Part shown: piece by piece, positions 33,448-48,071 of the stretch | How the letters are laid out: every line of letters starts with the position of its first letter | Numbering within the stretch: the first letter of the stretch is position 1 | Assembly (NCBI GenBank): GCA_964016885.1 | Contig: CAXHJY010001240.1 | Coordinates: 122,901-186,900 of the forward strand | From: Eledone cirrhosa | Taxonomy: Eukaryota | Reading direction: 5' to 3' | DNA: 64,000 bases | Program-made: the position numbers and the translations under genes | The notes under the pieces: generated by a model | Databases searched by the model: none | What the model saw: only the letters and a program-made list of their open reading frames with translations | Told to the model about the DNA's origin: nothing

Positions 33448-34149
33448 ATTTATAATATATTTTGTTTGCTGATTTATTTATTTATTGTAATGCGGGAGAA
33501 ATTTTGAACCAAAATTAAGAGCAAATAGAAAGTAGGGGTCATATACATAAGTACATGGATTCAGAAATTTTTACTAAGCTAAAAAATACTCATTTTGAAT
33601 TTCAAGATTGCAAGTACACTCAGTAGGTACTTTTACACAAAGTGTTAAACATCTGGTTGTTTTGCATTCTTCAACATCATGAGAAACTGAATATTGTAAT
33701 GAAGTATATGTGTGAGATCCATATTTTGATGGATAACATGGTTCAAGTTTACAAAAAGAAAAAAAATGACATGGCTGTACTTTGGGGCTGTATTATATGC
33801 AAAGAAATAGTCCTTATTTATTTTTGTACATGCCTGGAGGTTGATAAAGAGGTTAATGGAACAAAAGGTTTGGAGTCCCTGATCTAAAGGAAGATCTGTT
33901 GGAGGTATTTTAATAGGGAAGGTTTACAACTTAATTAATAAAATTGTGTTCAAAGCAATGCTCCAGCATGACTGCAGTCTAATAACTGAAACAAGTAAAA
34001 GAAGTAAATATGTAATATTTGCTTCTGACATACTAAAACAGCTGTGTACTTTGGTTTAAACTATTTCAAACTGCAATTATAAGTCAATGTAAATATGACA
34101 CAACCCACTAACATGTTTTAAAAATATCTACATGTTAGTGCATATGTGA

Positions 34150-34203
<54 letters not shown>

Positions 34204-34789
34204 ATGTGTATGCATGTCAAGAGACTAGTTCAAGGTTTACATTCTGAAATGTGGAACAAGAACCAGACGCCACCTCAGATAATTAGAAAAATCTAGTCTG
34301 TATGTCTACTGTGTTGTTCTGTATCATCTTATGTACATCTCTTCTAAAGGGTGGGGAATTTTCCCACTATGACAGGCTATTGATAGCCTCTGTAATGAAG
34401 TTGAAATCACACACTGTTCATTCTATTTTGACGACTGATGAGAGATGATGTTATGTTTGTTCACTTTTGTATTTGTTTGTGCCTCCAATCTTTCGTACAG
34501 ATCTTTTGGCAATATACAATATTTATGGTAACACACACAGCCCTTTATTTGAAATACTTGAGTGACTTCTCGAATGACTTCTTTTGAGTGGCTTCCCTTG
34601 AGTTGCTTTTCTCAAATGGCTTCTCTTCTCTTGTGACTTCTTTTGAGTGACATCTCAATTTGAATATTAGAAACAACACCTCCACTACCACCCCCAAAAA
34701 CTTTTCTCATTTGACATTTCTGTTGTTACAGCTGTTAGATGTTTGTAACTGGATCACCACCTCCGACTTGGATGAGAGAGCATGGGAGA

Positions 34790-35590
34790 GGGGGCCCAAA
34801 GAGTCACCTGTAGGACCCCAGTGGCTGAAGGTATGACTGTGTCAGCAACAAGGAGCATGCTCAGGGTCCATACGACACGTAGGCCAGTGGGTAGGGAGAG
34901 GGGGCTTGGCTGAAGCAGGCCTCGAGCAGATGGTTATGGCTTAAGCAGTTGATGGCGTTCCTCATGTCAAGCTTGACAATGAGGCACCTTGATGCTAGTT
35001 CGGTGGGCAGCTGTTGAAGATCTGCCTAGCTGCATGTGCAGTCCCCTCACACCCACCGGATACACGGACCCCTAGTTGTACCGAACTGAACTTCTCCAGT
35101 TCAGATGTGATGGACCTGCAGACCACCTTGGCCGCCAGCCTTTGGAAGACATTGCCCACAGTGATGGGGCGTATGCCATCCTCTTTCTTCCTGAGAGCGT
35201 TCAGGTTGGCTGAAAAAAAGAGGCCTTGGGCGTAAGGGTCCAGGGCGCCATGGATGAACCTGTTGAGTGCCACAGTTGCACTCAGAAGGCAATGCCCAGC
35301 TTTGCTGATAGCGTGGATTGCAACACTTTGAGGTGGCCAGGTCGGAGACCATCAGTACCTCTGCTGCTGTTAGCAGGGAAGGACTTAATGGCAGACATGA
35401 TGTCTACGTCTGATGCCACATATAGCAGGTGAGGATCAGGTGGGGGTATGGGTCTGAGGTCTGCAGGCAGCTCAGGATGCTTGAACCGAGGAGCAGCTAA
35501 GAGCTCCTCAGTGTCCTCCGAGGTTACCATTCTGACTGCAGCTGAGACATCACCCTTGATTAGTTTGGTGTTTATGTGGTTGTGGAAATG
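34790..35590 (-). pseudogene. CRE-like non-LTR retrotransposon RT N-terminal fragment
   Basis: AIKSFPANSSRGTDGLRPGHLK, FFSANLNALRKKEDGIRPITVGNVFQRLAAK, QLGVRVSGGCEGTAHAAR, IVKLDMRNA. Confidence 0.8.
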
Positions 35591-37601
35591 CTTTATGCTG
35601 ACCTCAGGGGTGGAGGCTTGAGAGCAGAGGGTGTGGTGTACTTGGGATGGGTACTTACCCAAAGGACGAACGTTGGCCTTGACAAAAACTGCTGTTGACA
35701 GGCCGTGTCGGTCAGTGTTAGAGTTAGGGAGGCTAAGGGTGAGCTTAGTAGATTGAATTTGACGTAAAAAATTATTTTGGGATACATGCAATGCTAGTAA
35801 CAGCTGGTATGTGTATGTGTGTCGCTGTGTGTATATGTGTCTATATGTGTGTTTGTTTGTGTCAGTGTGTGTGTCTGTATCTGTGTTCACAATAATGCCT
35901 GTCTACAGAAATCCTGAAGAGAAGATGGATCCTGTCTAAGTTGTTCAATTAGCGGATGATGTGATGAAAGCTGATTTTATGTAATTACATCTCATGAAAG
36001 AGATGATGCAGGATCAAGTTGACTGCCATACTACAGAGTACCCACCTTCTCACATGTACAAGATGAAATGAGTATGGAGAGGTTTGAAGCAGAGAAGTAG
36101 GATAACACCTGGGTCCCACCTTTCCTTAACTAAGTGCCCCACCTTAGTCCTTCCCAACTCACATCCCTCATCTCCACTTTGCTCGTCCAACTTATTATAG
36201 ATTTGAATCCATACCTTCCTAGCCCATCTCAACCTATATCAGCTTACACACCCTCCTTCTACATTCAACCTATGCCAATATGGAATGCTGAGTACACCTC
36301 CTCCTTGTACCATTATAAAATGGTTGGATTTGGGAAGGGCATCCAGCTATGGAAGCAAAGATAAAAAGAGAACTTATTAACTAGATGTAGTCACCTGTCC
36401 AGCCTAGTCTCAGAGTTTGACTGCCTGTCTAGCCCATGCAGGCATGGAAAATAGATATCTAATGATAGTGATAATGATTTCTCCCTGCCACATTTCTGAT
36501 TTCCTGTCCAACGCATGTATGCATGGAAAGTTGGACACGCTCCACAATATACTTCACAATTCACTCTCTCCAAGGCCACTCTTATGATAAGTTGCTTGCT
36601 CTTCCACTGGGTTGACCCTTAAAAGCAAGCATCATATAATTCAGTGCTTGCTCTCTTATCTTACTCTCATCACTTCCTCTCCAACCAACCCAAATGTTGA
36701 AATGATGTAGCACTGGTACATAATGAAATAGACCCAGTTCACCTTGGTGCTGGTGCCACAACAAAAAACATCCAGACCACTGTATGCTGGTAATACTGGT
36801 GTCACAACAAAAAGTGTCCAGTCCACCGTATAATGTGGTTGTACTGGTGCCATGACAAAAAACACCCAGTTCACCCTATAAGGTGGTATAGCTGGGGCCA
36901 CAAAAAAAAAACTCCCAGTACATGTTGTGAAGTGGTTGGCATTGGGAAGGGCATTCAACTGTAGCAAACCAAGTCAAAAATGAAATTTGTGAGCAAGACA
37001 TGCTTGGCCTCATTATGTGACCGCCTGTCTAACCCATGCAAGCATGGGAAGTAGATGTTAAAGGGCTGTAAAAATGTTGACGTTAGACAGGTCTTCCTCA
37101 CCTGATCCGTTTATGGCTTGGTTTTCTAAGGTTGGATGCCCTTTCTAACAACAACCTCTTTACAGTGTGTATGGGGAACATTTTATTATGACTCCAGCAC
37201 TACTATTTTACATGGTGGACAGGGTGCTGTTTGTTGTGGAACCAACATTACTACCTTACTGGGCAGACTGGGTGCTTTTTGTTGTGGCATCAGTGCTACT
37301 CACTTTATAGGGTGGACTGGGTGGTTTTTGTCATGACACCAGCATTAACACTTGATAGATTGGGATGGATGCATTTTTACTGTGGCACTAACACTACCCC
37401 AGTATATATATGGGTGTGTATGTGTGTTCAGTTTGCTATGAATTTCAACAGCTTTTCTTTAAATGATATATATATATATATATGTGTGTGGGTTTGTGTG
37501 TGTGCGTGACTTTAAAATTATTTGTTATTTGAGTAAATGTTGTGATTACTTTGCTAATTACAGAGCTAAACCCATGCTAGCGTGGAAGATAGACATAAAA
37601 C

Positions 37602-37636
<35 letters not shown>

Positions 37637-37816
37637 GAGTCTTTGTGTTGCCATAATGCTTTTTTTTTAAAGTTTCAACATCTGCATTCTCTGAAAACAA
37701 GAGTCATGTTTCTAGTTCATTATATATACATTATATATATTGGATATATCTTCAGTTGTAGAGAAGCTTAGAGGACATCTAACTCTCTCTTTCTTCCCAC
37801 CTCTCTCTCATATATT

Positions 37817-38630
37817 CGAGTTCTGTCAAAAAAGTATCTGATATAATTTTTTTTCCTGTGGGGTGTAATATGACATCATGGATATGTGGAGACTGGAGCT
37901 GTATACATTCATGCATAAGCATGGTCTTTAGGGAGCTTGTTGGATACATCATTCGTTGTCAGGCAACCAGCATATGAGGCGCTATACTACTTACTCATCG
38001 CATTTCAGCTAATACTGACAACAAAGATCCTGAGTTTCTGAATACCATGATAACTGCAGATGAGACATGGGTGTATTGGTACAACCTAGAAACCAAAGCT
38101 CAGTTATCGCAGTGGATGCAATGAATGTTACCAAGGCTCCAAAAAGCATGTTATGTGCAGAATAAAATCAAGGTGATGCTGATTGTCTTCTTCAATTACC
38201 GAGTCATTGTGCACATCTGAAGAACAAACAATTACAAAGGAGTACTCCAACATCTTATTGATGCCGTTTGACATAAGAGACTGGATCTGTGGGCCTCCTA
38301 AACTGGCAGTTGAAGCATAACAACACCCTGGCTCATTCGTTGCAGTTAATCCAAGACTTCTTGGCAAAAAAGGCATTAAACTCATATGCCAAACTGCCTT
38401 CAGACATGGCTCTTTCTGACCTCTTTGAAAGCTGAGTAGACATCATGTGAACTATGATGGCGGAGCTGAAAACCATTTTAGAAGAAGCATTCCAGGTGTG
38501 CTTCGAACAGTGGAAGGATTGTTGGGCTAAGTGCGTGGAGGTACTTTGAAGGTAATTAGCAATTGAAACCTACCAAATATGTAATTTTTCTTTCCCAGCC
38601 TAAGGTCCAATATTTTTTTAACAGACCTTG
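37817..38630 (+). mobile_element. Internally deleted mariner transposon
   Basis: TIR-like CGAGTTCTGTCAAAAAAGTAT and ATATTTTTTTAACAGACCTTG followed by TA. Contains MITADETWVYWYNLETKAQLSQW and KVMLIVFF. Confidence 0.8.
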
Positions 38631-39019
38631 TATCTGACACCAAACTGAGAATATCTTTTATTTTATGCACATAATAAACAAATTTCTCTTCTTGTTGCTT
38701 CATATGTGTTTTTGTTATATTCTGAAATATGGTTGTTACCATCATCGTCATCACCGTTTTACGTCCGTTCTTCCACGCTAGCATGGGTTAGACGGGTTGT
38801 CCTGTTGTGAGCAGTAGCCGGTCGGCTGACCATGTCTTGCTCATACGGGAACTGGTTCTGGCTTGATTTCTACAGCTGGATGCCCTTCCTAACACCAACC
38901 TCATTTACAGTGAGTGCTGTTATATATAATGCTTGTGAGTGCTTGTTATATGTAATGATTTTCAAGAATTGGGAGGGATTTAGTAATATAATTTTCTCAT
39001 TTTTTTTTTAATATGATCA

Positions 39020-39450
39020 GATTATTTTATTTTTCCAAATATAATTCATTAGTAGAGAAAAGCAATGAAGAATGACATGAGGCTGAATGAAAACAAAAGC
39101 AATATATACAAACATACACATACACAAACCACAACTAAATATGGAATGATGTACGCGATGGGGCTCCGCCATAGCCCCGGCGGTCAGAATGGAGAAGGCG
39201 TTTCCCCGGAGGACAGCAAGGGAGACGCGCTGGAAAAGCCACTCCAACTCACGGGGCTCAGCGCCTATGGTGGTGAGTAGGGAGGTAGCCCTAGGGCCAA
39301 GGATACCAGAAGTCTCCACTGCCAGGAGTACAACCGCAAACCTGTCGGAGAGCAACCGGTATTTGAGGAGTTTAGCCTCTTCAGCCCGACGTGCAGCAGA
39401 ACCTGGGTTAATTGCAAACTGCACCAGGCTGCGGCTGCAGAAAGTGTCGG
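39020..39450 (-). mobile_element. CRE-like non-LTR 3' fragment (restriction-like endonuclease end plus 3' UTR)
   Basis: AARRAEEAKLLKY...AVETSGILG...WLFQRVSLAVLRGNA. Confidence 0.8.
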
Positions 39451-41911
39451 TATTATTAAGCTGGTGTTTGGAGCATAGTTTTAAAAAAAGTTTCTTGCTT
39501 AAAATTGTTATGAAAGTTTTAAATATATATTGAATCAGAGCAGTTTGGTATCAACAGGATTCACTTCTCCTTTTTTCCTTGTAGTTCTTTGATATATTCT
39601 ATGACATCAGATCAGCTATGTAAAAGAATATTTAAGAAACTCTAACTCTGAATACTGACATAAAAACTAAACTACAGCCATCAATCACAATTGAAGATAA
39701 CTTGGTAGTATGTACCATACTGTCACAAATAGATACAAACCCTGACCTTCTCTATTTTGATTCAGTAGAACATCTAGGATGTGATAGTTCGAGGGAGGGA
39801 GGACTGCATCAGTTACTGGGCTGTGTAAACACAGACCATCTCTCAACCTTCCCTTATTTGATTCAGTAGAACATTTAGGATGGGGCAACTAAAAAGAGAG
39901 AGGATTTCACCAGCCATTGAGCTGTAGATATCGACACCCTCTCAACAGTCCTTCTTTTGATTCAGCGTAACATTTGGTATGTGGCAGTTAGAAGGGGAGA
40001 AGAGTGTACTAGTTACAAGGCTGATATTTTCTGTATCGAATCTTGAAAAGATAAAAAGCAAAACTAATCACGGCAGGATTTGTTCTCAGAGTGCAGAGTC
40101 AGAACAAACATTGCAATGCATTATATCCGACATTCTAATCATCATCATCATCGTTTAACGTCCATTATTCTACGCTAGCATGGGTCTGCCAATCAACTGC
40201 CTAATGAATACTGAAATGGTAACAAAAGGGTTAAGAAAAAACAGTATTTTGCTTTATTAATCAATTTATATCTTTTTGTTTTTGATATATGTCCAAGTCA
40301 GTAATGCCATAAGAAAGACAGAAATAATTCTGTTGCCATGTTGTATTATTACCAGTGTTTATTGTACTGACTTTGGAAAGCTAAAGATGCAAAATTGACA
40401 TTAATTGGATCCGAAGTAGCAATCTCCTTTCTTTTTTATTTATAAGTTATTCAAGCTAAGAAGGGCAATACTTGACCTTTGGTAAAATTATAGGTGCCAG
40501 TGTCCAGGTTTAAACATCTGCAGTAAAAATGGTGGGTGAAGGAAAGGATGTGGTAGTGATGGTGCTGGCCTAAATGCATGCTGCAGTAAACTTTGTTAAA
40601 GGTAACCTAAAGGTCAGGTGAAACCAAGTTGCATGTTAGTTCTACCTCTCAACATGCACATATATGTGTCATCATTATCATCATTTTGCATTTGTTTTCC
40701 ATGCTGGCAATGGTTGTCACTATGTAACATGTGGAGATTGTATTTAACAGTTTTTCTGGCTGGATATCCTTCTGAACAACAACCACTTTGCAGAGTGTAC
40801 TGGGTGCATTTTATGGTGGCACTAGCACTATTAAAAAATTGCAGAGAGGATGAGGAACAGATCCAATGATAAATGTTGATAAAGGGACTGGATGTGATGA
40901 GTATTGGAAATGAATGTGGAAGGAAGTAGAGGAAGACCAAGAAAGACATGGCTAAAAATTATGGAGGAGGAAATGAAAGCCAGTGAGTTGGCTGGTGAAT
41001 GAGAGTACAGAGGATAGGGCAAAATAGAGAAGGTTGTTATAGGGCCCTGCCTTAAAACACTCATTAGCCATAGATTTGACATAGTGTAGTCTCTCCCTTG
41101 ACTGCAATTTGTACTACAAATAAATAATATTATTTGTATTTTCAGATGTGGGCAGTTTTAAAAAAAAATACATCATGGTAGTTTTAGAGATGTCAGGTAT
41201 TCCATCAATGTTTTGGATGTGCTGTTGTTAGCAACAAAAAAATTCTTTTTTCAATTTTTAATTCTTAGTCTATATGGAAAATTTCCTTTTACTTCTGAGT
41301 ATAACAGCATGGCTAATTTCTTTGTTACCTTTACACACTCACACACATCCTACTAAGAATTTAGGTTCCTTTCTGCAAATGCTGCAGCAAAATAAAAATA
41401 AAATGAAAAGGCCATGCTCTCACAACACATGTGAAAATTTAGATCAAGTGATGCCTGTGCTTGAAACTTTTTTAAGTGAAGAAAAGCCTTGCTTTCTGAA
41501 CAATGGTGACAGGCATCCAAAAGGAAGAACAGGTCAGCAGTATTGTCTGCCATCAAATCACAGGTTTTAGATCAGAGTTTTCCACGTGCTCGGATACCAA
41601 ACTGAGTATTTCCATGTCCCCGTGCATATGTACATAAATATACACATGCACGTACACACACACACATATATATTATATGTATCTATATAATATATATCTT
41701 GGTTGACTGGTATTTGAGTTTTGCCTAACCACCAGCGGATTCATTCAATCTTTGTTGAAACCCGAGTACCAGTCAGCCAAGATACATATGACATGTAATA
41801 AATATGACTCTGCTATATATGCATGGAGTCACCTGCTCAGTAAATGTTCATTTTATTTTTATACTTGTAAATCTACAACCTAGCATTAACCCCTTCCCCT
41901 CTCTCTCTCTA

Positions 41912-41993
<82 letters not shown>

Positions 41994-42013
41994 ATCTATC
42001 TATCTCTATCTAT

Positions 42014-42880
42014 AGAGGGATTGTACGTTACAAGGGCGACGACGTGCTCGGAGAGACTCTGGGCGTCGAAGACGATGAGCTCACCAGTATGTTTGGTAGG
42101 ACTTTCCGCCCGGGACCTATGGACAACTTCCAGAGGTCCCTGGCCTGGCAGTGCTACCGAGGAGCTCTACCGGTTCGTGACAAGATCTACAGGCACGGAC
42201 GCCCTGGCAGGGATCCTTCCAAGAGGACGTGTCCAAGATGTGCGCAGGACATTGAAACAGTTCTGCACGCAATTGTACACTGCCCGGGCGTAAGCGACCT
42301 GTGGAACTATACAGAACAACTGCTGTCGCGTATGGGACAAATACAGTTGACTGCCGAGTCCATAGTAAGGATCAAACCGCCAGACTCTTTCAAAAACGAA
42401 AGAGAGGCGGTTTTCCTCTGTACGGTGGCTATGGTGAAAGAAGTTATATGGTGGACGAGGTTGAGAGGACTGAGGACAGATGCCTTTCTCTCCGGACAAC
42501 AATTGATTCCCTTCTTTAAGTATCACTTTAGAAGGAGAATCAGGGTGGAGAGAGAGATACTGCACCCCAGTAAATTTACTGAAAGGTGGGTGAATGAAGC
42601 GAAAATGGCCCGAGTGATTGGGCCTTCTCTGTTTATAAGCCTGTAGGTTGAGGAAGAGAGCAAAAGGAAGAAAGGAGCACTTGCACAACACGCTCCTTGA
42701 GTTGAGGGTTGTTCTATCGACGGGGTATTAAACAACCCATTTGTGGCGCCTCCCCCCTATTGGGGATTTCGATTGTTGAAATTGTTTGTTTTTATATTTT
42801 TTACACGACTGTATGTAAAATCCCCGGCATGTCTTTGTATTGTCCCCTTTCTTGTTGCGCCCTTGTGGCTAATAAAGAAA
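42014..42880 (+). mobile_element. 5'-truncated Tx1/L1-clade LINE (zf-RVT C-terminus plus 3' UTR) inserted in a (TC)n/(TCTA)n microsatellite
   Basis: AWQCYRGALPVRD...CPRCAQDIETVLHAIVHC...W, stop at 42646. AATAAA near the 3' end. TCTATCTATCTCTATCTAT occurs on both flanks. Confidence 0.85.
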
Positions 42881-45800
42881 TCTATCTATCTCTATCTATC
42901 TATCTATAAAATTAATTCTTTATTATTTTTCTCCTTAATAAATTCATTTAACTCTTAACATGCTGTATTGATTTAAAAGAAAATGCCTAAAACAGGTTTT
43001 TTAATGCAAATGTTTATACTATCTTTATTAGTGGACAGATCCTTGTGGATATTTGCAGTAAACTAAAGTAAAGATTTTTTAATTTTTAATGTGATGCAGT
43101 CATAGTGCTGTTTTGTATTTTTCAAGAATGTCTTGCTAATCTGGTTTCATGTGGTACAGTATGTTAAGAGTTAACATGCTTTGAACCCTCTAAAACTTTT
43201 TTCTTGCTAACAGTTTTCTTTCAAACACTTGATAAATATTTCCTTGTTATTGAATGCCTGTTGTTAAATTTGTTAAGAGCGTTGTTAAACAGATGAATCA
43301 CTTATTTATTTATTTATTTATTTATCTAACAATCCTGAATGTAAGCCTTGTTGGGTTCTGGTTTATCTCAGAATAATCTATAATAATATAGAACATTTTA
43401 ATCTATCAAAGTTGATGGATATTTCCCCTTTTAGTTAATAAATCCCCTATTGGTTTTGTTGCATTTTGAACTTTGGGAATTTATTGTAAATATTTAAAAG
43501 AATTTTTTATAGATTTCCACCCCCATTTTTTAAACTTGTGAATGTTTTTTTTATGCATGTTGAAAGTTTTATATTCTCCTATATGTTCCAGATTTTAAGA
43601 CTTTGGTGCTATTCACTGCCAAGTTTGTATATTCTGTTGATCAGTCAGCTTCATCACTCATTATTGCCATCATCGTTGGTGTTGTCATCATTATCATTAA
43701 GACTGTTTTTTCCATATCACCATGACTTGGATGAGACCTTTTGTGATAATTTTTCTATGACAGATGCTGCTCCTTCTAAAAATATAATTATGAAAGAGTT
43801 AAGTTAATTCCAACTATCACATCATCATCATGTTTGTTTTCCATGCTGGATGGATCAGGTTGGATGGATCAGAAAATCACATCTTGTTTATATGTTCCAT
43901 TTTTGGCATAGTTTCCCCTGTTGGGTGCCTTTTGCAATGCTAACCACATTACAGGGTGTACAGACTACATTTTATTGTGGCACCAACACCACCGTTTTAT
44001 AGAATGTACTGGGTACATTTTATGGTGACATGAACACCACCACTATACAGAGTGTACTAGATATTTTCTATTGTATCAACACCACCACTTTACAGAATTT
44101 ACTGGGTGCTTTTTATCATTGTACCAACACCACCATTTCACGGAGTGTACTGAGTGCGTTTTATGGTGGCACCAAGACCATCACTTCACAAACTGTACAG
44201 GGTGCTTTTTATTGTTCTATCAACACTGCCACTTTACAGAGTGTACTGGGTGCATGCAATAGCACCATATCATTCAAGATAATGTTTTGATCTGGAAATT
44301 TACAGCCCAATTCAATGTTGGCCTCATAGAAAACCTCTTGGGTGTTTTGAAGTTACTTATTGTTACAGCTTATTCCTATGCAGGTTTAGCTGGTCTCCTA
44401 CAAGGTTACATTTTATAGGGGGTTTCTCCGGTGTTTTTTTAATGATGCCTGTTGTTGCTACAGCTCACACTTATGCAGGTTTATCTGGTCTCTTATAAGG
44501 TTGCATTGTACAGGAGGTTTTTTGAAGTGTTTTAATGATAGGGGCCCCCAGTCCTATCATGACAAAGCTTAAACCTATGCAGTTTTAGGTGGCCTCCTAC
44601 AGGGGTGCATCTCATAAATGGTTTTTCTGGTGTTTTAGTGATAAGGGCCAATCCTGCAATGAAAAACATGGAATGAAGTGTCTTCTTGAACACAATGCAC
44701 TGCCCCACTCAGAAGTCAAATCTATGACCTTATGATTGTTAGCCCAACATCCTACCTACTAGGCCACATACCTTATAGTGAATCACATTTTATTTCTCTT
44801 TAGTTTTCTGAAATATTCTACATCAATTATTCAGTTTTTACCAACATACTGAACCACTATATGGTGCATCATCATTACAATGTATTTGTTTTTGTAATAG
44901 AGAACTAAACATGATGTTTACAACAGAGGTTCTCTCATAAACTTGGCTGAAATACAACACTCAGTAGGTCACCTAGATAGTAAATAGCTACGCAGTTTGG
45001 TATAAATACTGGCTGCTGGCTTTTTATGTAGTGCATTTGAAGGTTGATTTATTAAGTTATGCCAGTTTGTTAAATATTCTGTCTTGTGTGTATATCATAA
45101 TCACTGTCATCATCATGATAGTTGTCATTGTTGTTGTCATTTTTATGTCTGTTTTCCATGCTGTCATGGGTTGGACAAGGCATTGAGGTAGTTTTCTACT
45201 TCCTGAGGCCCTTCTGGGTGTCATCCTTTATTTTAAAATATGATACTTATTCCACTGATTATCACCATTGAACAGCTAGGCTGTGGAACACAAGCGAATG
45301 ATATTCATTAAGTAGTTCTAACGTGAAGATATACATGGAGACATACATGCATGTGCACATGTGCACATGTCATTGACCACTGATCCTATAACTGCTAATG
45401 AGGTCGGAAGGGTTCTGTTTTGGCATTTTAAACCTGGCAGTGCCCATTCCACTTCATGACTAACCATAGGTGATTTCTTCCAGAGAGAGAAGAGAAGAAG
45501 AGGTGACAATGACAACAAACATGATGAAGACGAAATCGAAAAATCACTACCACAACCATCACCACGACTATCACCAAACCACCACCACCACCACCACCAC
45601 CACCACCACCATCATCATCATCAATCCAAATGCTGGACTGGTACTAATTTTTTTACCCTGAAAGGATGAAAGGCAAAGTTGGCTTCAGGAGAACTTGACC
45701 TTAGAGCACAGTGAGCTAGAATGACTATTGCAAAGCATTCTATCCAACACCCTGACTCCTTAGCACATGCAAATAGTCATTATAGCATTGGATTAAATGC

Positions 45801-46929
45801 CTTGTAGTGATTGTTTCAGCTCTCTGCCTTCTGATTTCAAATCCTCCCATGGTTAGCTTTGCCTTTCAAATAAAGGAGAAGTGGATTAGCAGAATTGATA
45901 GTCTGTTGAATCTGATGCCTTATGGTACCTGTTCCAGTTCTTTGTCCTGAGTTCAAATCCAGCATCCTGTAAACTAGAATAGCTCTAATGCTTCTGTCAG
46001 GAGTTGTGACCAACTCTATCAGTAATGAAAAGATCAATGGAAATAAATTTCTCTTCATCTGATCTGGAAAATCAGCTTCTTTTCCTGTTTTTTTTTGTAT
46101 GTACATTAATTTAGAATGTGCTTCACTTACCAAACTAACTTGTTTCATACATTTCCCTGCTTCTTGCCATCCATACTCCATTTCTCTTTTCAAATTTTGT
46201 CAGCATTCAACAATAGACACCAGAGAGAGTTTCATATTTCTCTTTTCTCTCTCTCTGTCTGTGTAAGCTACTGAAGTGAGTGAATTGGTAGACCCATTAG
46301 AGCATTGGATTAAATGCTTCATGGTATTTGTTGTAGCTCTTTATGCATAGAGTTCAAATCCTGCTGAGGTCAACTTTACCTACCATTTTTGGGGGCTCAA
46401 TAAATAATGTACCTGTCTAGGGGTGGTGCATTGGCAGATCTTTTAGAGCGTTGGACAAATGCTTTATATTATTTGTTATGACTATATGTTCACATCTAGC
46501 TGAGGTCAACTTTGCTTTTCATCCTTTTGGGGGCCAATAAAATAAAGTACCAATCATGTGCTGGGGACAATATAATCGACTTTTTCCTTCCCCCAAACTG
46601 CTAACCGTGTGCCTAAATTAGAAATAATTGTTTAATATATATATATACATTTTGTTGCTTGATATTTTTTTAAGTATTGTTTGATCTTAAATGTAATTGC
46701 CTCCATATTGAAAAAATGTATATTTGATGGACATACCTGACATCATAAAATAATTCATTTTCTCAAATTTGATGTTAATTAGAAAAACATATTGCTCCCT
46801 GAAAAGTACTTCAATTATATTTCAAGAGTGTTATGAGATAATTGTGTATATTTTTTGCAATGTTTTTAACATCTTTATTATCTATCACACAAGAAAGAAT
46901 AGTACTCCTTATTTCCTTATTTGCCTACT

Positions 46930-47480
46930 TATTCCTGAGAGAGTTGTTGGGGCAAAGTCCTCAAACACTCCTTCCAGCAAGTCCTGCCATAAGCAACCGT
47001 CTCCAACAGATCCGGTTGGATCCTCAATTGAGACCAGCCAAGCTCATGGATGTTACCCAACCATCTTGCTCAGGATCTACCCCTGGGTCTCCTGCCGGTT
47101 GGTTTTGCCTGTAAAATCTGTCCAGTGATTCTTTCCTGAGACATTCTAACCACATGCCCATAGTATTGGAGCTGTGATCTCTCAATTCAGTGAAGTAGCT
47201 GCTCTATCTGATTGACTCTCTGATCTCTGAGCTACGCACTCTATCTAGTAAAGTTACTCCAAAGACTCTTCGGAGGAACCCCATTTTATCTGCTTGTATT
47301 CACGATCGTATTCTTTTGGTCATTACCCAAGATTCATGAGCATAGGAAAAGGTTGGCATGGATACCGAATTGAAAATAGCGAGTTTGGTTTTTACACCTA
47401 CCTCACATCTGATTACCAAATGCTGAATTTGGCACATTACTGCACCAGCTCTTGCAATTCTTGCACTCAATTCAGCCCAT
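46930..47480 (-). mobile_element. RTE-clade LINE 3' fragment (distinct family)
   Basis: Minus-strand translation IERSQLQYYGHVVRMSQERITGQILQAKPTGRRPRGR. Confidence 0.75.
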
Positions 47481-47618
47481 TTGTAAATATGCTCTGCTAA
47501 ATCATTATAGGATATGAAGAGTTAAGATACTATAAATATTTGAATTAACAAACCCATTTTTTATTATTTTCTGCCTAATCATTACAGGATGTTAGGAGTT
47601 AACTCTTGAAAATGTTTA

Positions 47619-47817
47619 TTAACCTTTTGGTATTTATATTACTCTATATTTACTATTGTATTTTTGTTGTAAAGGCTTTATTTCACATAATATCAAGTCT
47701 ATGAGATTTTGATATTTATTTTAACGTCACTATGAGTAACCAGTTATAGTTGGTTTGAACTGAAAGAGGTGAGAGAATTTTGCCCGGATATGGCCGGTTT
47801 AAATGTTAATGGGTTAA
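47619..47817. mobile_element. TTAA-flanked piggyBac-type MITE
   Basis: TTAA CCTTTT...AATGGG TTAA ends. The interior is related to ~23690-23900 and to the left end of the 24495 piggyBac element. Confidence 0.6.
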
Positions 47818-47979
47818 ATAAAGCAGTCAATTATTGTTTCACTGTCCTGTATTTCCCTCTTTAAATCTTCCCCGATTAATTGATAAGGATGATGTTTCCT
47901 ATATGTATTCCCCTCTTTAGATCTTCCCTAATTAGTTAACACGGCTGATGTATTTAAACTTCTTCCTGGCTGTTTTTAG

Positions 47980-48071
47980 CTGCGCTGGCCAGAGTGAATT
48001 CATCAAACAGTACCTTGAACAACAGAAGAAGCTCTTTGAGATGCAACGAGAAGTAAAAAAGAGAGTTGAAG
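47980..48071 (+). CDS. ACIN1: ACIN1 coding exon (CAGQSEFIKQYLEQQKKLFEMQREVKKRVE)
   Basis: tgtttttAG acceptor and GTAAGA donor at 48072. Matches human [22 protein letters not shown]. Confidence 0.9.

Noticed and set aside
35914-36016. CTGAAGA...GAAA possible hammerhead
   Set aside because: No convincing stem III or NUH triplet. CTGATGA at ~34435 likewise lacks the downstream core.
17300-47900. Apparent CpG depletion in the gene body relative to the first ~17 kb (methylation footprint)
   Set aside because: Only a visual impression, confounded by repeat age. It needs a CpG observed/expected calculation.
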